DNA of 64,000 nucleotides from Gammaproteobacteria bacterium (GTDB lineage: Bacteria; Pseudomonadota; Gammaproteobacteria; Eutrophobiales; Eutrophobiaceae): assembly GCA_965221695.1 (NCBI GenBank), contig OZ244905.1, forward strand, positions 2,976,001-3,040,000, written 5' to 3'. Numbering within the stretch: the stretch's first letter is position 1; every line of letters begins with the position of its first letter. Positions 58,001 to 64,000 of this stretch are shown here, in pieces. The notes beneath the pieces were generated by a model. That model ran no database searches. It was given only the letters and a program-made list of their open reading frames with translations, and was not told the DNA's origin. The position numbers and the translations under genes were made by a program.

Positions 58001-59938
58001 CAGGATATGATTGTGAAGTATCTGGCCGATGAACCGCGCATTCGACAAATTCTTCATTTTGATGCGCCTGTGAATATATTCAGGTCCGGATATGATGTTC
58101 TAAAATCCGCAGAGGGTGGGCGTCACAGCCATGCTCGTCTGGTTCTTCGCCAAACCTTAAGACGCAAATTTGGCCGCAACAATTCAGATAAAATTCAATT
58201 TGATACATTCGTTTTTGCATCCGGCCGTCATGTGTTCGATTTTTGGAAGCGAGTTTTACCCGCTGAAGAGGACTACCCGGATTACCTTGCTCGGGTTATG
58301 GAACGCCACCGAATCGGTGAACGAAGGACGATCTTTTGGGTTTGCCCTAATAATTTCGAATTCCCATCATTGGCAGATCGGTTCAAACCGGACCTGGTGA
58401 TATCCGATGTTATCGACGATCAGCGGACATGGCCTTGTAAGCCCGAATACAAAGAGAAATTGCATGGCAATTATCGAGAGATACTGGCGCGCAGCGACCT
58501 GACGATTGCCAATTGTCGAAGCGTATTCGAGAGTATGCAGGAATTCACTGGCAATATTCATCTAATTCCCAATGCGTGCGAGTTATTGTGGGAACAGGCG
58601 AAGAACTGGGAAAAACCCGCGCAATTAACACGTATCCAAGGACCTGTAGTCGGATACGTGGGGAATCTGGACATTACTCGGATTGATTTGGATCTGCTGG
58701 TGGCGCTGGCGGCAGAACGGCCTGATTGGAATTTAGTCCTTATCGGTTCCATGCATAGGAGTGACAAGATAAAAGAGCTGAAGAAATTCAAAAATGTCTA
58801 TTTTCTTGGGGTACAGGTATATGACCAGGCAGTACGCTTCATTCGTCACTTCGATGTGGCAATGATTCCCCATTTGGACAATGATCTCACCAGGAATATG
58901 AATCCTTTGAAACTTTATGTTTATTTTTCCCTGCACGTGCCTGTTGTAACCACGCCGATCGCGAATACTGAAGATTTTCAGGAGTTCATAGAGGTTGGCC
59001 GCAACCCGGAAGAGTTCATTGAGCGGATCAGCTATTGTCTGGAAAACAATCCGCTCTCAGACAATGCCGGGCGTGTCCGGAATTTACTGGAGAAAAATGC
59101 ATGGAACGAGCGGGTAACACGCCTGTTAACACTGATCGACAGGGAGTTTACCAGGCGAGAAAGGTCGGTAGCGCCCGACTTTCCGCTATCCGCCTGTGTT
59201 TCTGAAGACGGTTACCCTGATCTCTGTACGGTGTGTGGCCATACAGGATATTTACATCGGGAGGAACCATCGATCAGGGAGACATACCGTTGCGGCAATT
59301 GCGGGGCCAGTTTGCGTTATCGGGAGCAGGCGCGCCTTATCCTCGAACATTTTTCCAGGGAAACATCTGAATGTCTTGCAGATTTGGTAAATGAATCTGA
59401 ATTTCAGAATCTCAAGATTTATGAACCGGGATTGATTGGGCCATTTCGAAATTTTTTTCAAAAAATGCCTGGTTACCATTCCTCCTATTTCTGGGAGGAT
59501 CTCAAACCCGGGCAATTCCGGGAGGGAGTGCAGTGTCAGGATTTGATGAACATTACTTTTGAAGACAATTCATTCGACCTGGTATTGTCTTCAGATATAT
59601 TTGAACATGTGCGCAGGCCATTCGTTGGCTTAAAAGAGGTGAATCGAGTCCTGAAACCCGGCGGTTATCATATCTTCAGTATTCCCTCGGAATATCCGAT
59701 GCCTGCCAAAACAGTTTTCCGCGTCGACACCAGCGGTCCGGAGAATGTGTTTGTATTACCCAAGCGCTATAATAGCGCGCCCGGGGGTGGAAAATCACTG
59801 GTATATACTGACTTTGGGGCAGATATGGTTGAGATTATGTCTGCGGATGGGATCGATCTCAAAATTGAGTCCCCTTGCTCCGACACTGCACCGACTCACA
59901 TAACCAACCGGATGCTCTCATTTTATTGGAAGAAGTGA
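55064..59938 (+). CDS. multidomain glycan synthase: sulfotransferase, coiled coil, two GT-B (GT4-like) domains, Zn-ribbon/SAM methyltransferase
   Basis: LGMHRSGTS/KEPR/RNP; heptad repeats; SWKITAPLR; MPAKFTDAL and MNPLKLYVY; CxxC..CxxC; FDLVLSSDIFEH, RVLKPGG. Confidence 0.85.
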   Translation: MSATVAQDSDEKASRPTLFVLGMHRSGTSALTGALRLSGAWVGEETELTEANVENPLGFWERRDMRKLCDELLHSAGADWWKIANFDAKAIPDKVLAKQRRKFEKIVSRLDKYDAWVIKEPRLCLLLPALRYQVKKPVCLHIYRNPLEVARSLQARNGFSISAGLALWEVYNLHALNASEGLPRISLSYEALMSQPLETLDALVNELERYVASHQIKPNRELVERFIDVNLYHQKATDEETEKYLLPSQSALWLRLRNGEAFDYYRNVPVPAAAKQSLFDLESAETLFNHRNNRINELEADLKKHVAIVDDSKKRISALEASNTRHKANLQERNISLQASKKQIGALEASNTRYKANLRARNISLQASKKRVGALETANTRLTATNTQLTANLKARAKTIDDLYNSTSWKITAPLRQLSLAARWLVKNLRRPPRQLFWSIINRFLRAVEIVRSWLAQPGVKTVDQQNNGQLALTTQLSKLIRECRQEAQTREERASSVSQENSISAGAKTRVTVIGWDLGHNPIGRTYLLADILRNDYEVELLGANFPRFGEQVWEPLRNCSRVTIKSFPGCNFPEHFEQMEEVAQQVEGDIIYVSKPRLPGLELAILAKLHRNRPVILDIDDYEVGFFKNRGPITLKQAKNKRRSADFITPHGETWTRYAESLIPLFEQVTVSNEVLQKKFGGMILPHIRDEHDFNPSVYPRDTLRASLGFSRTDKIILFAGTPRIHKGVRAVVAALQTLNRPDYKLLLIGSPADNETRRFFKNAMSGQVKVLGNIPFSDLPGYLCIGDLICLLQDRDHITSHFQMPAKFTDALSMGIPILATNVPPLENLAKQGLVELLNDAPLEQKIDEIFSDYGTYKYKAMQNRQVFLREYSYEANLPRLKDTIDRLLSVRPEPISGAFDELISYHRRIFSTAVDASRARAKIVVSRQSTSESEMTLTTSAAQTISQPRVKSYIDDKIDIVFFWKQNDTGIYGRRQDMIVKYLADEPRIRQILHFDAPVNIFRSGYDVLKSAEGGRHSHARLVLRQTLRRKFGRNNSDKIQFDTFVFASGRHVFDFWKRVLPAEEDYPDYLARVMERHRIGERRTIFWVCPNNFEFPSLADRFKPDLVISDVIDDQRTWPCKPEYKEKLHGNYREILARSDLTIANCRSVFESMQEFTGNIHLIPNACELLWEQAKNWEKPAQLTRIQGPVVGYVGNLDITRIDLDLLVALAAERPDWNLVLIGSMHRSDKIKELKKFKNVYFLGVQVYDQAVRFIRHFDVAMIPHLDNDLTRNMNPLKLYVYFSLHVPVVTTPIANTEDFQEFIEVGRNPEEFIERISYCLENNPLSDNAGRVRNLLEKNAWNERVTRLLTLIDREFTRRERSVAPDFPLSACVSEDGYPDLCTVCGHTGYLHREEPSIRETYRCGNCGASLRYREQARLILEHFSRETSECLADLVNESEFQNLKIYEPGLIGPFRNFFQKMPGYHSSYFWEDLKPGQFREGVQCQDLMNITFEDNSFDLVLSSDIFEHVRRPFVGLKEVNRVLKPGGYHIFSIPSEYPMPAKTVFRVDTSGPENVFVLPKRYNSAPGGGKSLVYTDFGADMVEIMSADGIDLKIESPCSDTAPTHITNRMLSFYWKK
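55996..56240 (+). repeat. in-frame 84-bp tandem repeat (~3 units) plus a 21-bp duplication
   Basis: CAGCAAAAAGC.. at 55996, 56080, 56164; CTAACACCC(G/A)GCTTACAGCCA twice. Confidence 0.9.
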
Positions 59939-59951
59939 CGGGCAGGGTGGT

Positions 59952-59988
59952 TAAGAAATCTCAGAGATTAAGTCTCAGAGCTTCCTGA
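59952..59988. mobile_element. collapsed MITE, family 2 (degenerate)
   Basis: TAAGAAATCTCAGAGATTAAGTCTCAGAGCTTCC just after the large ORF stop. Confidence 0.65.
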
Positions 59989-60051
59989 CACTTGCTCTGC
60001 TATTCGGGCTATTGTTACAATTATTACTGAATTGTTTGGGGATACCAGATT

Positions 60052-60279
60052 ATGCGGAATGTTCGGCGCACTATATTTATCATAAGTAGTATTATTTGCT
60101 TACCTGCTTTTGCCTATATCGATCCCGCTTCGGGCAGCGCCATTATGTCACTCATCATCGGCTTCTTTGTGACGCTCGGATTAGTGTTAAAAACCTATTG
60201 GTACAAGTTTAAAGCGCTATTTTCAAGAGCGGCGCGACCCTCGGAGAAGTCGGACACTGACGCGGAAAAGTCCGAATAA
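60052..60279 (+). CDS. small membrane protein with AYIDPxxGS motif
   Basis: Signal-like N-terminus, AYIDPASGS, one TM, basic tail. Confidence 0.75.
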   Translation: MRNVRRTIFIISSIICLPAFAYIDPASGSAIMSLIIGFFVTLGLVLKTYWYKFKALFSRAARPSEKSDTDAEKSE

Positions 60280-60337
60280 AACCGATAAAAAAGTTCGCGC
60301 TCCCTGCCGCTAACAACGCTTCTGATAAGGCTTAATA

Positions 60338-60997
60338 ATGAAGAGCACAGTCCGCGAGCAACGTAAAACTTATTGGAGAGATTTTTATAAACAAAGACAT
60401 TCCTTAGTACCCTCCCAGTTTTGCGCTCTTGTTGCCGTTGAGATCGACGCGCGCGCTACTGTTGTGGACTTGGGTAGCGGCAACGGGAGAGACTCATTGT
60501 TTTTCGCTTCCCAAGGCCATATGACAATAGCCATGGATTTATCTGTTGATGCGGTAAAAATCGCTGATCGTGAGGCCGGATTGAGAGGGCTTGGTGATAG
60601 AGTGTCCTTCCTTCAAGGTGACTTATCCTCGAATGCGGACATTGATAGCGTTGTCCAAATTGCGCGAGCAAAAAGCAGTCGTGACATTCTGGCGTTTTAT
60701 TCCCGCTTTGTTCTGCACTCCCTGGATGACACGGAAGAAAACAGATTTTTACTCGCATTGTCGGCAGTCATGAAACAGAATGAATGTGTTTTCTTAGAGT
60801 TCAGGGCTAAAGAAGACAGTGTCCGGCAAAAACACTTTCCTAATCATTTTCGACGTTATATCGATTCCACAGTTTTTCAAAGAAAACTCGAAGATGCCTG
60901 GGGATTTTCTCTTCAGTACTCAGTGACAGGCACAGGCATGGCCAAATATAAAGAAGAAGATCCCGTCGTCACCAGGATTTTTGCGAGAAAAGTATAG
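60338..60997 (+). CDS. class I SAM-dependent methyltransferase
   Basis: VVDLGSGNGRD; YSRFVLH. Confidence 0.9.
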   Translation: MKSTVREQRKTYWRDFYKQRHSLVPSQFCALVAVEIDARATVVDLGSGNGRDSLFFASQGHMTIAMDLSVDAVKIADREAGLRGLGDRVSFLQGDLSSNADIDSVVQIARAKSSRDILAFYSRFVLHSLDDTEENRFLLALSAVMKQNECVFLEFRAKEDSVRQKHFPNHFRRYIDSTVFQRKLEDAWGFSLQYSVTGTGMAKYKEEDPVVTRIFARKV

Positions 60998-61020
60998 GCT
61001 GTCAAAGCTGGACTCCTGTT

Positions 61021-62181
61021 TTGGTCAAATTTATTCAATATTTGAGTAATGTAATCCGTTTTCTCCAGCTACCCAGGCAAACCCGCCGGCTTATCTTCTA
61101 TTCGGAGGGCAGAAATTACTGGCCGCACCTGCAACCTTTGCTTATGGAGACGCTCGCGCTAACGGATTTGTCAATTTGTTATATTACTTCGGATGAGGGC
61201 GATCCGGGTTTGCTGCTTACGCGTTCGAATTACCATAAGTTCGTGATTGATGAAGGGCATGTGCGCAACTGGTTATTCAGCAATATCGAAACGGATGTCA
61301 TCGTCATGACTATGCCGGATCTGCACCAGTACCAGGTCAAGCGTTCCAGACATGCTGTTCATTACGTCTATGTGCAGCATTCGCTGGTGAGCCTGCATAG
61401 AGTTTACCGCAAAGGAGCGTTTGATCATTACGATACGATATTTTGTGCTGGTCCTCATCATATGAAGGAAACACGAGCCATCGAAGCAGAATTTAAACTG
61501 AAGCCTAAAAAGCTGGTGGCGCATGGCTACGGCCGTTTGGATACTATTATCAGCCAGTCCAAAGTTGGCGCCGTGAATGAGATGCCATCAAAGCAGCACA
61601 AGCATATTCTGATTGCGCCTTCCTGGGGGCCTGAAGGCTTGCTCGAATCCGGCATCTGCAAATCCATAGTCGATCATTTGCTGCAACGGCAATATCGGGT
61701 TACGCTTCGACCGCATCCTCAGACGCATAAGTTCGCGCCAGAAAAGGTCCGCGAGATTCTGGCGCAACATCAGAAAAATCCGATGTTCATGCATGAGTTG
61801 GACGTCGTGGGCATGAATTCTATGACCGACTCGGATGCGATGATCAGCGATTGGTCCGGGGTTGCATTGGAGTATATGCTCGCACTAAAGAAACCGGTTT
61901 TATACGTGGACACGCCGGCGAAGGTGAATAATACGGAATATCATCGGATAGGATTGGAGCCGGTGGAAAGCAGGCTCCGCAAAACCGGACTAAGCGATAT
62001 CCTCAGACTCGATGAGATTAATCGGGTGGCGGATAAAATTAAGGAACTATTGACGCGCGCGGCAAATCCGGACTTCGAAAGCGACAAGCTGGTTTTTAAC
62101 CCGGGCGAAAGCGGCATCATCGGCGCAAAACATTTACTCGAAATTCTCTCCGAAGCAGCGCGCGCCAGGAGTATCTGTTGA
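61021..62181 (+). CDS. CDP-glycerol glycerophosphotransferase (TagF-like) family
   Basis: GYGRLD, LIAPSWG, LRPHP, MISDWSG. Confidence 0.85.
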   Translation: MVKFIQYLSNVIRFLQLPRQTRRLIFYSEGRNYWPHLQPLLMETLALTDLSICYITSDEGDPGLLLTRSNYHKFVIDEGHVRNWLFSNIETDVIVMTMPDLHQYQVKRSRHAVHYVYVQHSLVSLHRVYRKGAFDHYDTIFCAGPHHMKETRAIEAEFKLKPKKLVAHGYGRLDTIISQSKVGAVNEMPSKQHKHILIAPSWGPEGLLESGICKSIVDHLLQRQYRVTLRPHPQTHKFAPEKVREILAQHQKNPMFMHELDVVGMNSMTDSDAMISDWSGVALEYMLALKKPVLYVDTPAKVNNTEYHRIGLEPVESRLRKTGLSDILRLDEINRVADKIKELLTRAANPDFESDKLVFNPGESGIIGAKHLLEILSEAARARSIC

Positions 62182-64000
62182 CTTCTGGCTTTATTAGAAC
62201 CAACTTTCTGGTTGCTGCGATGGCTTGCGCAGCCATACTGGCGCTTCCCTATGTTGCCATGTTCGTAACCAACAGTACGGATATTGGTATACCGCTAGCC
62301 GATTTCTGCGCTTTCCTTGTTACCTATGCAGTCATATTTTTTGCCGTCACTTTTGCAGTGATGACCATTGCAGGTAAAAAATTTCATTTACCCGTCATTA
62401 ATCTGGTTTTTTTTCTCGTTCTGGGCGTCACCATTCAATATTACCTGTTAAGCGAATCTCTTGATATTCTGGACGGCCGGAATCTCAGCTCTTATACAAC
62501 TGATCAGCTCATCGTAGACATGATGATCTATGTCCTGATCGGCGGGCTGCTATACAGGTTCAGGAGTAAAGTCTATAAGAATATTCTGACGCTTGGGACC
62601 GGTGTCTGCTTGTTCCAGCTTATCAACTTGGGAGTATTGATTCAATCTCATCAGGTCCATTTTGCAGAGATCTCGCGCCAGCATGCCGATGTGGAGTCGA
62701 TAAGCCGTTTCTCCAGAGAAGAAAATGTTCTTCACATTGTGTTCGATGGATTTCAGTCCGGCCTTTTCCAGGATATTATTGACAAGGACAGGATGATTGC
62801 ATCTGAGTTGAAAGGATTTTTGTATTTTCCGGATACCGTAACCGCCTCTGAAGTTACCCAGCTTTCATTTGCGGCTTTTCTCAGCGGGCAGGAATATTCG
62901 AATAACGAACCGATGAGTTCCTATCTGTTCAATAATGGTTTAAGACGGATGGGGACGGCCAAACCCTTGCAACAGCCCTCGAATATACTGGAGGCAGCCT
63001 CTGACACGGGATTTCAGGTAGAAGTTGCGACACCGTTTGTTTTGCTGGAAGAGCAGGAGTTTTATTCACAATTTTTCTTCATACAAAGACCTTACAATTC
63101 TGAAGTCAATCACCGAAGAACGATTGGATACCAGGCCAGTTTTATTCTCGATCTGATTTTGTTCAGGAGCGCGCCCAAAATTCTTAAGGGTTTTGTTTAC
63201 AATAAAGGCTTATGGAGATTTTCAAGGTTATCTAATCCAAATCCGGGAATGGATTTCAATCATCACGCAAGCATCGGGTTTTTAGAAGACGTGACAACCA
63301 ATCTGTCGCTTTCGCAACAGCCCCGGATTTATAAACTCTTTCACTTGATTACCCCTCATGCGCCTTTTGTGACGAATCAGAATTGCCGGTTTTCTGGGGA
63401 AGAACTCGATCGGGATTATGCCAATATATACAATCAGGCAAGGTGTGCCCTGCTGCAGTTTGTCAGGCTCTTGAATCAACTCAAACGTTTCGGAATTTAT
63501 GATAGCGCAACAATACTGGTTCATGGCGATCATGGGATACGGTTGCCATTTCCTGAATTTGAGAAAGGGCCTGATGATGACTCTGCCTTACCGAGACCCA
63601 TAGGAAACAGCAATCCATTGTTGTTGATCAAACCTCCGGGCGGGAAAGGCCCTCTGGCTACAATTGATGCTGAAATATCATTGACGGATATTCCGAAAAC
63701 GATGTCGGCATTGTTGCAATTGAACGCTTATTACGACGGCGTTGATTTTATCAATGAAAAACCGAAAAACAGGGTCAGGCGTTATTTTCACACAAGACAA
63801 TCACGAATCAACGCCGGCCGTGACGACAGGTTTCTTAACTGGAATGAATATGAGATATCCGGTCCGGTGCGCAAGAGAGCCTCATGGAGGAAGACAGGGG
63901 AGATCAATTGGACAAAGAAGGATTTTACTGAGTTTCCGGTTGCCGATTTTTTGGCTATAGAGAAATTCGAACTCACGGACGAGAATGCGGTGCAAATTCG
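62178..64000 (+). CDS. membrane-anchored alkaline-phosphatase/sulfatase superfamily protein (LTA synthase-like); absent from ORF track because it runs off the window
   Basis: Hand translation from TTG 62178: N-terminal TMs, NVLHIVFDGF, EVTQLS, FHLITPHAPF, VHGDHG. Confidence 0.8.
   Translation, partial: MTSGFIRTNFLVAAMACAAILALPYVAMFVTNSTDIGIPLADFCAFLVTYAVIFFAVTFAVMTIAGKKFHLPVINLVFFLVLGVTIQYYLLSESLDILDGRNLSSYTTDQLIVDMMIYVLIGGLLYRFRSKVYKNILTLGTGVCLFQLINLGVLIQSHQVHFAEISRQHADVESISRFSREENVLHIVFDGFQSGLFQDIIDKDRMIASELKGFLYFPDTVTASEVTQLSFAAFLSGQEYSNNEPMSSYLFNNGLRRMGTAKPLQQPSNILEAASDTGFQVEVATPFVLLEEQEFYSQFFFIQRPYNSEVNHRRTIGYQASFILDLILFRSAPKILKGFVYNKGLWRFSRLSNPNPGMDFNHHASIGFLEDVTTNLSLSQQPRIYKLFHLITPHAPFVTNQNCRFSGEELDRDYANIYNQARCALLQFVRLLNQLKRFGIYDSATILVHGDHGIRLPFPEFEKGPDDDSALPRPIGNSNPLLLIKPPGGKGPLATIDAEISLTDIPKTMSALLQLNAYYDGVDFINEKPKNRVRRYFHTRQSRINAGRDDRFLNWNEYEISGPVRKRASWRKTGEINWTKKDFTEFPVADFLAIEKFELTDENAVQI

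Overview
Chromosomal window of a Gammaproteobacterium; a marine or host-associated lifestyle is only inferred. Left to right: dxs 3' end; a pgi-cytidylyltransferase-pepM-ppd phosphonate operon; an ~11 kb catabolic island at the 3' side of tRNA-Arg(CCT) (IclR, TTQ amine dehydrogenase mauB/mauA without mauDEG, Rieske ferredoxin, MocD-like desaturase, DRE-TIM enzyme, TonB receptor, Rieske oxygenase, DUF1116); housekeeping genes; a Kelch plus HxH membrane protein trio; a ~15 kb ceramide/sphingolipid cluster (spt, ACP, cerR, acyl-AMP ligase, bcerS, two NTP transferases, LptFG paralogues, hydroxylase); F420 genes cofD/cofE; paaH, gltX, tRNA-Ala/Glu; and an ABC-dependent surface polysaccharide locus with a 1624-aa sulfotransferase/coiled-coil/2xGT/methyltransferase protein. 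Three non-coding repeat families occur, including an IS5-type MITE that appears to collapse to 27-29 bp palindromes. Best leads: a possible phosphono-sphingolipid (or phosphonoglycan) pathway, the TTQ/Rieske island, the heptad-expanded glycan ruler protein and the collapsing MITE. All product calls come from motif recognition by eye; no searches were run.
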